NCBI GenBank assembly: GCA_964016885.1
Contig: OZ024743.1
Coordinates: 27,776,001 to 27,840,000, forward strand
Source: Eledone cirrhosa
Taxonomy: Eukaryota
Direction of reading: 5' to 3'
Length of the DNA: 64,000 nt
Shown here: positions 1-14,598 of the stretch, one piece after another
Position numbering within the stretch: position 1 is the first letter of the stretch
Layout: every line of letters begins with the position of its first letter
Notes under the pieces: model-generated
What the model was told of the DNA's origin: nothing
What the model saw: the letters and a program-made list of their open reading frames with translations, nothing else
Database searches by the model: none
Made by a program: the position numbers and the translations under genes

Positions 1-357
1 TCCGGCATCCTGCCGCTTTATTCAATAATGTTTAACTCCGTCCACGCGCCACCAACAAGATCTTACATAAAAAATGATCAAGCTACGTCAAGTTGAGCGC
101 TTTTCATACTAATGCATCATAGTTAACTATACAGAATGAAAAGTTCTATTCAATAGTGAACCACCAACTTCAATGTGTGTCCTCAGAGGACGGCATGTAT
201 ATGTGAAGGTATGTATATTTCCTCTGATAATTTGTAATATTTTTACATAGATCTTAAACATGATATACATATACATCCCAGAAACGATCGTAAAATGATG
301 AATCTTTTTAATATACGGAACTTGTTCTTTGTTTTTATTTCATTGTTTTTATTAATT

Positions 358-454
<97 letters not shown>

Positions 455-822
455 GTGTGTATAGGTTTAAATATCAATAAAGCAACACGTAGGAAAACAG
501 AAAAAGTAGGCAAACGAACAAGAGCATCCATTCTCCTCACATGTTAATTCGTGCATAAAGCTTGTATTGCGCAATTATATTCAAGTTTGACAGCGGCTGA
601 AAGAACAAGTCGTTGGAGCAATGCGTGAAAAGCCATATAACAATCAAGTGACAAACCAAGGACAAATGAACGCAGTTAATACGAAACTTGACGGAAGCAC
701 GACTAGCATAGAACAATGTAATTTGTGTAGTAAAGTAACGATGGGAAGAGAGAAATAGAGGTGGACTTCCGTCGAAAAAGGATACAGAGTTAAGAAGTAA
801 GAGTAGAGCAGATAAAGTCTTG

Positions 823-854
<32 letters not shown>

Positions 855-893
855 CATACAGATGTGTGTATGTAAATATATACATATATATAA

Positions 894-1029
894 AATGAAG
901 GCGTTGTGGTAAGGAACCAGATGGACCATAACGCACCAGAGTACTCAATACTTAGGGTAGTAGAGTGGGTAATAGGAAAATGTATGACCCCGACGGCAGA
1001 GCTCAAGCCGTTTCGGCGGCTATTTCTGG

Positions 1030-1033
<4 letters not shown>
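894..1033 (-). mobile_element. Family A short element (3' end, truncated in hammerhead stem II)
   Basis: Shared sequence gtggtaaggaaccagatggaccataacgcaccagagtactcaatacttagggtag. Minus strand carries GAAAC-ggc-ttgagctct-gcc-GTC-ggggt. Sits in (TA)n. Confidence 0.8.
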
Positions 1034-1076
<43 letters not shown>

Positions 1077-1088
1077 GTGTGTATGTAA

Positions 1089-1382
<294 letters not shown>

Positions 1383-2029
1383 GAACATTCTCCCTCTCTC
1401 TCTTCCCTCTCACACTCTCTCATTCTCTCTCACACTCTTTCTGCCATTCTTTCCTTCACTCTCTGTCTTAATATGTATATATATTTGTGTGAGTGTGTAT
1501 GTGTGTGTGTATGAATATATGTATGTATATATGCATATATATATATGTATTTAGGTACGTACATATGTATAGACAACTTAAAGCTTCTATGATCGTACTG
1601 TATTCCATAGTACGTGTGAGAATTAAAAACCTATTATTTACCCAACAAAAAAAAATTTTGACGACTGCTCTTTAAAATGTCTCAAATATATTTTTATATA
1701 CAACTAGAAAAAAGTAAAATGTTTCTTAGTTCGTTGTAGAGCTACTGGTAGTGCGACTACTGCTGGATAGTGCAACACTGTCTTCTGTCCGTGTTTCTTT
1801 ACTCACTTAATCAATAAATACTGCTAACTTTGTTGAATATGTGACGGCATCAAATTTGAGGTTTAGCTTTTACGTGAATATAAAAAAAGTTTGTCTTCAA
1901 CGAAATACTTGTGTGATAAATTGACCTTGAAGAGACGTAGCAAAACGTATACACACACACACACACACATACACACACACACATATATAAATAAACACAC
2001 ACGCATACACACGTACACACATATATGTA

Positions 2030-2215
2030 TAACAAAGAAAGTATGGTAAGAAACCAAGTGGACCATAACGTACTCGATACTTAGGGTAGTAGAGTGGGTA
2101 ATAGGAAAATAGTCAGGACCCAGTCCGAGGGCTGAGCTCCAACTAGATTCGAACAATTCGGCTCTAGCTGTTGAAACAACCGGAGCTCAGCCGTCGCGGT
2201 CCTGACTCTTTTCCT
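2030..2215. mobile_element. Family A diverged fold-back element
   Basis: Same terminal motif; imperfect hairpin 2101-2216. Confidence 0.75.
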
Positions 2216-2235
2216 ATATATATATATACATACCT

Positions 2236-2322
<87 letters not shown>

Positions 2323-2542
2323 CGTTTCTGAATTTGTTTAGCAAGATTCTTTATCTGAAATCGTGTGTTGAAACCGATATTATCATACTTTGGGAGGGTC
2401 ATGTTGCCAATAAGAAACACACGCACCAGTTGCTTTCACTTCAATTTATTATATATTTATAAATTTATAAATTTACAAATCTACAAACTTATAAATTTCT
2501 GGTTGGTTGGTTGGTTCCACAACCAGATAGTTGTTTATATGT

Positions 2543-2587
2543 AGTCATAGTCCTTTCGTCACACACTCTGTGACCTCTTCAGTGACT
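2543..2587 (-). ncRNA. Hammerhead ribozyme motif (family B)
   Basis: Same motif as 38254-38298. Confidence 0.85.
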
Positions 2588-3195
2588 GGGATTCCTTTCT
2601 TTGTTTCTGTGCCTTTCCTTTCTTCTATCCTACGCCATTTTGTTTCTGTGTGTGTGTTGTGTGCTCAGTTTGCGCATGCGCCACATCCGGGTGTCTGTGT
2701 GTGTTTGTGTTCATTTATCTATTTGTTTATTTATTTATTTATTTATTTATTGTTGGTTGGTTGTTTATTCTATGTGTGTGTGTGTTTTCATTTTGTCCTT
2801 AATTGTAAGTTGTGATGTTGCTGTTCCACTCATATTTTCTATTTAATTTTGGTTGTAATTCTTTTATGCTTACAGCCTCTGTAATTTGCCTAAACATTGC
2901 ATCTTTTCTGTGTGTGGATTCTATTTTTATTTCTATGTTCTCTAATCTACCCCTGTGCTCTATCTTAGCATGTTGGTAGAGCACAGATGATTCTTTATTA
3001 TCTTGAAGGTCTCGCCAGTGTTCATTTATTCGTTCCCCTATACTACGAGCTGTCTCACCTATGTACACTATATTTTTGTTTCTACATTGTCCTTCAGTAC
3101 ATCTTATGCTATACATAAGATGTATAGCATAAGACAGAAACAAAATGGCGTAGGATAGAAGAAAGGAAAGGCACAGAAACAAAGAAAGGAATCCC

Positions 3196-3240
3196 AGTCA
3201 CTGAAGAGGTCACAGAGTGTGTGATGAAAGGACTATGACT
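3196..3240 (+). ncRNA. Hammerhead ribozyme motif (family B, inverted copy)
   Basis: agtca CTGAAGA g gtcaca gagtg tgtgat GAAA ggac TA tgact; one G-U pair in stem II. Confidence 0.83.
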
Positions 3241-3401
3241 ATATATAAACAACTATCTGGTTGTGGAACCAACCAACAAACCAGAAATTTATAAGTTTGT
3301 AGATTTGTAAATTTATAAATTTATAAATATATAATAAATTGAAGTGAAAGCAACTGGTGCGTGTGTTTCTTATTGGCAACATGACCCTCCCAAAGTATAA
3401 T

Positions 3402-3490
<89 letters not shown>

Positions 3491-3491
<1 letters not shown>

Positions 3492-4520
3492 TGTTATACT
3501 TGGGGAGGGTCATATTTGCGTAATATTGCCAGAATTAATAACAGAACACACTCACTGTTTGGTTGGTTTTCGCTTCTCGCTGTCTTTTATATCTGCGATC
3601 TAACTTACTCGGTCCTCAATGTTGCAATTGACTGACCGACGGTCAAAAATAATACAGATACAATATAGACACAAACACATATATATAGTTTACATAATTT
3701 ACATAAATCTTTCGTTGCACATCTGCAACATCGTCAGTGGTGTTATATTTTTTTTCCTCCTGTTGTGTTGTATGTCTACGCCATTTTTTATTCAGTCTGT
3801 CTATATATTTATTTATTTATTTGCTTGTTTGTTTATTTTATTTTGTCTTCTTTGCGCATGCGTTTGCGTGTGTGTATAGTGTTATGTGTGCTGTGTGACT
3901 AGTGTGTATAGTGTTGTGTCTGCTGGGTGACTAGTGTGTGTTTATGTGCTTGTTGTTATTGTGCTTGTGTATGTATTTATTTATCTTATTTTATTTTATT
4001 TTATTTATTTACTTATTTATACTTCTCTTAGGTCAGTGTTGTTTGTTTGGGTGTTGTTGTTGTTCCACTCATTCTTTCTGTTTAGCTTTGGTCTTCTAAT
4101 TTCTATTTCACTGGCCTCTCTGATTTGCCTATCTGCTGGGTCATTCCTATGTTTAGATATTATTCTAATTTCTATGTTGTCTATGTTACCGTCATGTTGT
4201 TGTCTAGCATGTTCGTATAGTACTGACCCGTTTTTCGTCCTTTTAGTTCCCCCCAGTGTTGGTCTATCCTTTCACCTATGCTACGAGCTGTCTCACCTAT
4301 GTATGTTGTTGTCATGTTTCTGCAAGTACCCTCTGTACATCTTATGCTATAGACTACGTTTCTAGTTTTACAGTTTATCCGGGGGTTCACCTTACATATG
4401 ATACATTTCCTGTTGGTACAGTGGGTTTTCTTAAAAGGGTAGGTTTTGCTGATCAGGGATTTTATGGTGGTTCCTGGCTTTTCTACCACCTTTATTTTTA
4501 AGTGGGTTCGACTCCCATAT
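3491..4520 (-). mobile_element. Older related PLE fragment (GIY-YIG plus 3' UTR), family B-like
   Basis: ORF 4181..4534 'KVVEKPG...CTNRKCIIC...NVVYSIRC...YIGETARSIGERIDQH'. Its 3' end (gttatacttggggagggtcat) resembles family B. Confidence 0.85.
3701..3741 (-). ncRNA. Hammerhead-like motif with degenerate stem I
   Basis: Minus strand: ca-CTGACGA-t-gttgca-gatg-tgcaac-GAAA-gatt-TA-tg. Stem II differs in sequence from family B but pairs perfectly. Confidence 0.65.
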
Positions 4521-4684
4521 AGGTCAATACTCAACTTTTTCCATTTATCTGAGTGTTCTAAACCCCATTATCAGACTAAAATTTCTTTAGTAAAATAATA
4601 CGGTGAAAGCTATTCTATTTTCTAATTTCAAACCTGCTCACTGTTTCAAAACAAATTTACTTGATATAAATATATATATATGTA

Positions 4685-4962
4685 GAAGTGTAGAAGTTAT
4701 ATTTAATTTCTTGGGATTCCAACAAATATAAATGTTTATAACTGATATAGAGCACTCAACAAATAATGGAGTAAATATTCAATATATTAATAAATGGAAA
4801 CTATATTTATAAAACCATAATTATTTTATTATATATATTTCAAGGGCGAATTTTGTATTTTATCTGATGAAAGCTCACCAAGATTGGCTTGGTCACCCTT
4901 GAAATATATATAATAAAATAATTATGGTTTTATAAATATAGTTTCCATTTATTAATATATTG
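4685..4962. mobile_element. Fold-back hammerhead element, family C
   Basis: About 4780-4848 is inverted at about 4895-4962. Homologous to 31630-32069 and flanked by (TA)n. Confidence 0.8.
4856..4920 (+). ncRNA. Type I hammerhead ribozyme motif (family C)
   Basis: tattttat CTGATGA aag..accaag-attgg-cttggt..ctt GAAA tatata TA ataaaata. Perfect 8-bp stem I and palindromic stem III. Confidence 0.85.
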
Positions 4963-4980
4963 TATATATATATATATATA

Positions 4981-5809
4981 AGGCGGGTAAAATTCCCGAT
5001 ATCCATGGACGAGTTCTCTCCAGCGGTCTCTGTCCCTCATTATCGCTGCCATCTCCTGCGTCTCCAACAGACCAGTGTCTGTCCTTAGGGCATCAACATA
5101 CGTTAACCTTGGTCTTACTCTTCTAGTGTGTCCATGTAGGGGCTCCCACAGGAGCACTGAGTGCAATGTCAACTCTGGATGTCGGTGAGCTTGTCCAGCT
5201 AACCTCAGTCTCCTCTGTATCACCAGGACTCTGGCTTTACTGTAGCACCGGCTCAGAGCAGGAGAGTTAAGGGGAAAAAGGTATCGGATGCTGAATTTGC
5301 CGACGACATAGTTTTGGTGACAACTACAGTGAAGGAGGCAGAGGATTTGATGCGGGAGGTTGAGACTGTGTCGATGAGTGTGGGGCTGAGAATGAATGAG
5401 ACTAAAACAAAATATCTGGTAGAGAATATTGAGAAGCCAGAGGGGATCACTAATGTAGGCGGGAAGCCGCTAGAATTGGTTGAGGGCTTCCTGTATTTGG
5501 GAGCAAAGATTGGGAATACGGAAGATGATGTGGTTGAGAGGAAGAACAAAACCTGGGCGGCGTGTCACAGCTTGAGATCGGTGTGGAAGTCGGATCTTCG
5601 TAAAGACCTGAAAATCCGCCTCTTCATTGCTGTAGTGGAGTCTGTGCTGCTGTACGGGTCTGAGACATGGACACTGTCCAAGAAACTCACTCAGATGGTG
5701 GATAGGTGCTACACGAGAATGCTGAGGATGGCTCTGAACATTAATCAGTATACACTGAGGATGAAAAACTCAGAGCTGTATGGGAGCATCCCAAAAGTCA
5801 GCTCAAAAG
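4981..5809. mobile_element. RTE-like LINE 3' fragment with 5' inversion
   Basis: Plus segment about 5223-5809 encodes 'EFADD...GLRMNETKTK...FLYLG...VLLYGSETW...KVSSK'. Minus segment 4981-5222 encodes the immediately following C-terminus 'RRLRLAG...YPP'. (TA)n on both sides. Confidence 0.9.
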
Positions 5810-5869
5810 ATATATATATATATATATGCGCGCTGTTATATGTGTTCGCATTAGAAATAAAAATAAAAT

Positions 5870-7560
5870 GAGGTAATGGTTGAGGCCTTAATACAGTTGC
5901 CTCAGAGTGAGATTCAGTAAATATTCTTACTGATAAAGAAGGAAAGACATTAGCATAGGAAGAGTTGGTGTAAAGGATCAAGTGCCCAAGGTACCAAACG
6001 AGAAATCCCTCTGTCCTGATGGGAACCATAGCTTTTGGTTGAAGAAATGCAGTTCATGGAAGTATGGCAACTCAATTGAATGAATATGTCCAGAGAGGTG
6101 CAGCTCCCTCTTGGATGTTAACAGGAAGAACAGCACTTATAATAAAAGATAAAAGCGAGGGGGGGGGGGTTATAGAGAAAATACTGTCGGATAACATGCT
6201 TGAGCATAATATGGAAGGTACTTACTGGGATATTTGCGGAGAAGGCCTATGTATACTTTTCTTTTACAGGAAAGAATATTATCACAGGAACAAAAAAGAT
6301 CTAGATCTCAGGGTACCAAACATAAGACAGTTTTGAGGTATTTAAACAAATTTCATACCAACATATATGTTGCCTGTTAATAGGCCATTTGGCTGAAACA
6401 ATCCAGATATGTAGCAGCGTCGTCGGTATGGAATTTGGGATCTCCAAAGGCTCTGTGCTCAATATGAAATGATGGAAAATAGCAAGCTGTAGTCGATTAA
6501 AGCAACCATCGGGAAAAACCATAAGGGAAATGAAAATAGTGGACAGGAGTATTTGGCCACTTTAGAACTGGATGACATTTTACATGCAGAAATGAAAGAA
6601 ACGTGAGGGAAAATATTTCAATAGAGTAAAATTAATTACAACTCCAACCTGAATGTGAAATATCAAACACTGCATTAGATATCTAGGCAGTTTTAGTGGT
6701 TGGATATAGGACGTCCATTCTAAGGTGGACTGGAGAATAAAGTTCGATAGAAAGACGAGAAAGTGACTGGTTATGTACAGAGCTTTGCCCCCTAAAGCAA
6801 ATATAAACAAATTGTACATGAAGAGAAAGAATGGTAGAAGTCTAATTAGTGCGGATTATTGAATACAGATTGAAAGAAGAACGTTTGAAGAATATTTGGT
6901 AAACAGTGGCCAAGCTCTTGCTACTAATTCGGTGAAATATATCATCTACAAAACTTGAACTTGTAACACTCAGAAATGCAGTCCCTGAAAAGAATGTGGA
7001 AAGTGTAATCCATTTGGTCAGTGGATGTTGAGAGCCTTGCGCAAAACGAATACAAGCGTTGTCATGGTAAAATCTATTTGTGAATTGATTAGCTGTTACG
7101 TCGGCAATATCAAGAGGAAGTAATAGACAATTTATATGAGTGTGTCTATTGTAAAGTGATGCAGGAAAATGTGAAAGCAACGATATTCTGTGATTATGGT
7201 TTTCAAACTGATAGACTAATTGAGAATCGCCGACATTGTCTTATTGAACAAGAAAGACAAATACTGCCAGATCATAGATGTAGTCATACCAAATTACATG
7301 AACATTATGAGTAAAAGGTACTCCGAATTGAAAGTGGAGTTGGCAAGACTATTTGGAATGTGAAAGGCGATGTGAAAGTGATGAGAGTTGGGATCGGGGT
7401 ATTATGATGAATCCCATTGAAACGTCCAAATTTCTTAAAGCGGTTGAGAAGATTGGTGTCATACAAACGTCAGTCTTTCTAGGCACTGAGCACGTTTTAA
7501 GGCAAGTATCATGTGTCTGACGTCCTTGTTGTGATGTGACATGATGAAATACTCCGGACC
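5870..7560 (+). mobile_element. Decayed restriction-like-endonuclease non-LTR retrotransposon (R4/Dong-like)
   Basis: Fragments across frames: 'PSWMLTGRTALIIKDK' (~6100), 'KLYMKRKNGRSLI' (~6810), and an RLE-type 'QTDRLIENR/DIVLLNKKDKYCQIIDVVIP' (~7205-7290). Many stops and frameshifts. Confidence 0.7.
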
Positions 7561-7669
7561 GGAATAAAAATGGTACCTAAGGTTTCAAGGCCCAGTATTG
7601 ACCATATCTCCAGATTGTAAGATCACAATAGTGACCTATTTTTCAGGTGCTTGGACGAGTTTACATACA

Positions 7670-7754
<85 letters not shown>

Positions 7755-7755
7755 G

Positions 7756-7805
<50 letters not shown>

Positions 7806-7849
7806 TACATATATACATATATACATATATATATGTATATATATATGTA

Positions 7850-7939
<90 letters not shown>

Positions 7940-7949
7940 TATATGTATA

Positions 7950-7990
<41 letters not shown>

Positions 7991-8061
7991 ACAAGGGCGG
8001 TGCCCCAGCATGGCCTCAGCCGGATGGCTGAAACAGGTAAAAGAGTAAATATATATATATA

Positions 8062-8957
<896 letters not shown>

Positions 8958-8979
8958 TATATATATATATATTCTATTC

Positions 8980-9374
8980 TAAGGCGGGTAAAATTCCCGA
9001 GATCCATGGACGAGTTCTCTCCAGCGGTCTCTGTCCCTCATTATCGCTGCCATGTCCTGCGTCTCCAACAGACCAGTGTCTGTCCTTAGGGCATCAACAT
9101 ACGTTAACCTTCGTAGAGACCTGAAAATCGGCCTCTTCATTGCTGTAGTGGAGTCTGTGCTGCTGTATGGGTCTGAGACTTGGACACTGACCAAGAAACT
9201 CACTCAGATGGTGGATGGGTGCTACACGAGAATGCTGAGGATGGCTCTGAACATTAATCAGTATTCACTGAGGATGAAAAACTCAGAGCTGTATGGGAGT
9301 ATCCCAAAAGTCAGCTCAAAAGTGACAGAGAGGAGACTGAGGTTAGCTGGACATGCTCACCGACATCCAGAGTT

Positions 9375-9378
<4 letters not shown>
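8980..9378. mobile_element. Second RTE-like LINE 3' fragment with 5' inversion
   Basis: Nearly identical to 4981-5809. Minus segment about 8980-9111 (C-terminus), plus segment about 9108-9378 ('LRRDLKI...HPELT'). The breakpoint differs from the first copy. Confidence 0.9.
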
Positions 9379-9430
<52 letters not shown>

Positions 9431-9758
9431 TATAAGCATATGAATGTGCATGTTTGAATGTACATGTAAGATGTGGATATGTTTATATGTGAGTGTATGC
9501 GTGGGTAAACTACATAGATATTTTATATATGTGTGTGTATGTATATTTCTATGCGTGTAATGATCTGTGACCATTCATGAGCCCTGCTATTTTGGAGATG
9601 TATATGAAAGACACATTTCCCACGCTAAAGAGGCGCTTTAGACAGACTTTATAGACCCCATGCATTTTTTATTCCGAGGCTCTTATGATTTTGCAAATGT
9701 GTGTCTGCTCGTATGTCTGATTGAGGGAGATAGAGATAAAGATGGAGATAGGGATGGA

Positions 9759-9886
<128 letters not shown>

Positions 9887-11728
9887 GGATAAAAGAGAAA
9901 TTTATTGAATCTCTATCAGATATTGCTGATGAAATGAACTACAAATTGCCGGAAGATTTATATCAAATAAATATTTCAGCATAAAATTTAATTCCATTCA
10001 TTCAAGATATTTCGCAATTTCAAATACCTTTCTTGCTTAGATCTTCATAATTTCCTAATTGCTCCTTATATTATACAAAAATGAAGATGTATTCCTTATT
10101 ATATGATATCCAGTTTGTTTTCTTATCGTTCTTTCACAGATTTATATAGCTGTAAGGTTTAATTTGGTTGCAAAAAACATCTAGTCTCGCATAAGGGAGC
10201 CGCAAACAAGTTTTCAAATATGATCAACAATATATATCAAAATATGATGGAGTATACACACTGAAAAGAACACTTTAAGATGATACAAAAGTGAATACAT
10301 TCTAGGAGAGAAGCCATTACTGTTGTTGACGTTGTTTAACTCTAAATCAAATCCTTATGTTAGGTAGGAGCTGAAAGGACAGATATTTAGTTGCTATCAT
10401 ATAATCTACAAGCTACCTGATGCATTTTAGAAGAAAAAACTAAATTTCTGCATCTGAATATGTTCCTAACCTGATATAAGCTGCCACCGTTCTCAAGGTT
10501 CACAAATCGGCTCCCATTCCTGCAGCCAATTCGTCAAATCTGAAAGTAGGTTTCCATGATTTCCATAGTAGCAAAAATAATTGATACTAAATTTGTATCT
10601 AAGTGTTTATATAAATATTTTAAAACTATTTAACTGTACATCAGAAAATATGAATTTGGATTTATGCTTTGATTTCTGGAAGTGAAATCCTAAATAACTT
10701 ACGATAAATAATCGTAAATAATCGTATACTGGCAACTTCTGTCAGTACTTGTACCGCTTAGGCACTGAGAGAAAGGTATGGCACTTTTCAGAGCCAGCAA
10801 GACTAGTAGAAGGGTAGGAGACAGTTAAATGTAGCCAAAAGGGTAGGTGGTGATATTAAACCGTGTGGCTGGTTATGTATACCAGCGACGGAGAACACAG
10901 TGCGACCTAATCACAGGACACAAAGAGATGGAACAAATACTACAAATCATCTCAGTGATAGATTTAAATATTTTCACTAAAATAGTCTCTAGAAAATTAT
11001 TTGGGAGTAACATTTCGCGTTTTAAGAAAAATATATTTATTTTATCTTTCATCAAATAAAAATCTCCCCAGTCCACTGAAATCATGTAAACAATGCTGTA
11101 ATTTGAGCAAAGAGCATTTGTAAATAATATTACCGCTAGAACAATATATATCAATAGTAATTCTGTGAATTTCCGTTCAAATTTAAATATAATTCAATTT
11201 GTTTCCTTCTTTCCATTTATCAAACTCAAATATTTCAGATGTTCCTTACATAACGAATTAACTGAATATATTTATCTAGACATTAGATTGTTCTATTGAT
11301 TTTTAAAAACATTTTGTGTAATATTGATTCAGGTTAAGTGGACTATAATGGTATAAATGTAAATGAAAAATAGTTTGTGATTGCCTCTATTGAATGGTTA
11401 AATATTGTCCTTTTATTGAGACGGTAATATAATCTTTCAGTGTATAGAATATATTTATTGAAGTAGCAACATTTACAGAAGGTCTCTGATCCTACATTTA
11501 AATAGAAGCGAAATTATGATGGTTCTAGATTATGTGGCTGTTTTAAGCTGTGAAAGTTCCCCGGATATTCGTATCGTTTTTCTGCAGTTTACCTATTTCA
11601 AGCAACTCCACGTGATGCCGACTGCTATAATGTGTTACAATGAACATACTGATAGAAGCAAGCAAGTACTTTCTTTTTCTCTTTTCTAAAGAAATCCGTA
11701 TGGTTCAAATATAATTGTCTAAGATATG

Positions 11729-11820
<92 letters not shown>

Positions 11821-12478
11821 GAGTCAAAAACTACTGCATGTTGACACAGTCTTCGATTTTAAATTCAACTAACGGAAACCGATCACTTTTATAATCTTTC
11901 TCTCTCACTCACACTCTCTCTCTCTCTCTATCTATCTCTATCTCTCTATATATATATATATGGGGTGGGGGCAAATTTATATTAGCTATTGAGAATGAAT
12001 ACGAACGATTTCAATACCTCCCATTAGCTTGGAATACACTGACTCATCAATTTCCTTAGAGAAATTTTTTAATGGAATTTCCTGATATACAGAGTGTAGG
12101 ATGTTTAATCCCCTATAATTCTTAACTTTTTTGAAAATAACATGTCTATTTCGAAGGTTAGGGCGATTAAAAGCAATTTGTTTTATGCATTATGTTCAAT
12201 AAAATAAATACCAAAAATGCACAAGGGCCAGCTCATTTGACTAAATTATTTCCCTGTAGATGTCCATTCATATCATGCAGTGAAACATCAAAACAGAGGA
12301 ATAAATGTAAATGGGTAAATAGAAGTTTAGAGAGAGAATTAGGAAACATAATCGCGTCGTTTTTTGATATTTCAGAATACGAGGTGTGTTCCTTATTCGG
12401 ATAGGATCTTCTTACCCCCGTACCCTGTAGGGAGCATCATGATAGAAATATATAATTCTATTCTTAGTCTCTCTCTCC

Positions 12479-12539
<61 letters not shown>

Positions 12540-14337
12540 TCCCTCTCTCTCTCTAATCATCTATTTGTTTTTCTGAAGGATTCTGCTTTGCTGCTTACAG
12601 AAGCTACTCCCTACTACGCAGAACTTCTTCATACGATACTCGTGATATTGAACATAATGACTTTCAAATCTAATACTGTCATGGTTTGCTTACATACAAG
12701 AATACTCTGGACACTGTAATTAAATTTGTTAAAGATGTTTAGTTGTGTTGCTTCGTCGTTGCTTTGATGTCTGGAAGACACCAATATTACTTGATTAAAT
12801 CGATTCCAGTAGAAATTGGTATTTTATTTTATTTATTTATTTACACACTTGGCAATATTCAAATTCGGGAAATAAAGGGTCGAGCCTAAAAACCGCAAAG
12901 CATTTCATCCGACGCTTTACTTAATGTGACTAACAATCACAGAGGATAGTGCTTATATATAAGGGGGATCACATAAAGTTTGCGCTCGTACCATGGAGCC
13001 ATTAACACTTTATCATAAGTAATGTATCTGGGACTATATTCTTTGTTTAATCTTGATTATCGCTTCAATGCAACTGGAGATGCATTATAATACATCTTAT
13101 TAACTAATAAACAATGTAAGAGCATAATATTTTAAGCATCACCCGCATGCATCGATAAATTATGATAATATCACATATTAAATAACTGCCTTCCAATATT
13201 CATAGACGTAATAATTTTAAATAGTTTTGTTTAAATATAAGCAATTTTTGTAATTTGCGTCTTTTGTTTAAGTTGTCTTTCTGTTTATCTCGCAAATTCA
13301 GCAACTTGTCAACTATCTATCTCTCATTGGAATCTGCTCTCCTAAAAGCCCTTCACAAATGGGAATGTTCGGACAGCTACATGAATTTACTTCCATCTCA
13401 ACTGTCTATTAAGTCTTTCTCCCACTACAACTATAAAAGTATGTTCATTCCTTCTACAATTCTTTTCTATAAAATCCCTGGTTTATTATTTGGGATTCTA
13501 TATTCAAAATGGCTTTCTTTTGGAATATTCTGGTATAGATTCTGGTATGTGTTCATACAAGTTATTTTTTAACAACATTGTAACATATCATATATTTATA
13601 TATACAACAATTTCCAAATACATTCATTTCTGAAGACACTCTAATTCTTAGAATGTTAATACCTAAAACATTTATAATTGCTTTTTTGTTATCCCTTACA
13701 TGTGTGAATCCAACTGATCATTAAAATTCGTAGCTTTCAGTATTCTTATTTAAATACAGTAAAACAAATTCATAATAAATAAAGATGTTGCGATGTGAGA
13801 GAATTCTCATTTAAGCTTTTGGTGTTTCATTGAATATTACCATCATACCACAGTTTATGTTCTTTTTACTATCCATAGTATGAGTTTACTTTACAAAACA
13901 GCGGTTTTATGAAACTGCCTTTTAACGGACACTGTAATGACAACTGTAATGACATAATGATAACGAGAGCAAACTAAAATTAATGTCGTTTGGAGTCTGT
14001 AGCATATAAGATGCCCTAATCTTTTAAAAACTGTATTTATAAATGTTAAATGCACAACATGCTTTATTTGCTCATTATACTACAAATCAAAGGTTCACGG
14101 TTTTAGATTTAGCATAAGCAAAGTTCTTCATCGTACTGTAAATATTCACTTCAAATAGACTATCGTGTTCATTACAGTGCGATTGTTCAATGTGCTTTGC
14201 TCCACGGTGCTCCATGGTGTTTCAGTTATTATAAAGGAGAGTTCTTAATTGCAGCTGGTAACCATAAATGTGAAAAGCATTGTCTCTATTTGGAAATCAA
14301 ACACAATGAAATGCCAGTTCTCAAATAGTAAATTATA

Positions 14338-14598
14338 TTGTAAAGAGGTAATGAAATCTTGTCAAAATATCTCCTGAAGGCCTAATGGAAAATCTCGTTG
14401 AAAAATTGTGCATTTTACAGAATTATCGAAACCTGATAATGCTTCTCATATTAGCTCCTTACAATCTCTTGCCAATTGCCAATGTGAGTAGCAATATCAG
14501 GTTTAACCGATTCTGTAAACTGCACAATTTTTTTTCAACGAGATTTTCTTCTGGGCCTTCGGGATATATTTTGACAAGATTTCATTACATCTTTATAA
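14338..14598. mobile_element. Imperfect ~260-bp palindrome (MITE/foldback-like)
   Basis: gtaatgaaatcttgtcaaaatat...gaaaatctcgttgaaaaa is mirrored by tttttcaacgagattttc...atattttgacaagatttcattac. Confidence 0.75.

Larger units (their letters stand above)
2321..3399 (-). mobile_element. Truncated family B PLE: GIY-YIG end plus 3' UTR, with inverted partial pseudo-LTR
   Basis: ORF 2799..3182 'YSIRC...YIGETARSIGERINEH' is almost identical to the 38.5 kb copy. About 2385-2649 is repeated in inverted orientation at about 3134-3399. Flanked by (TA)n on both sides. Confidence 0.93.
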
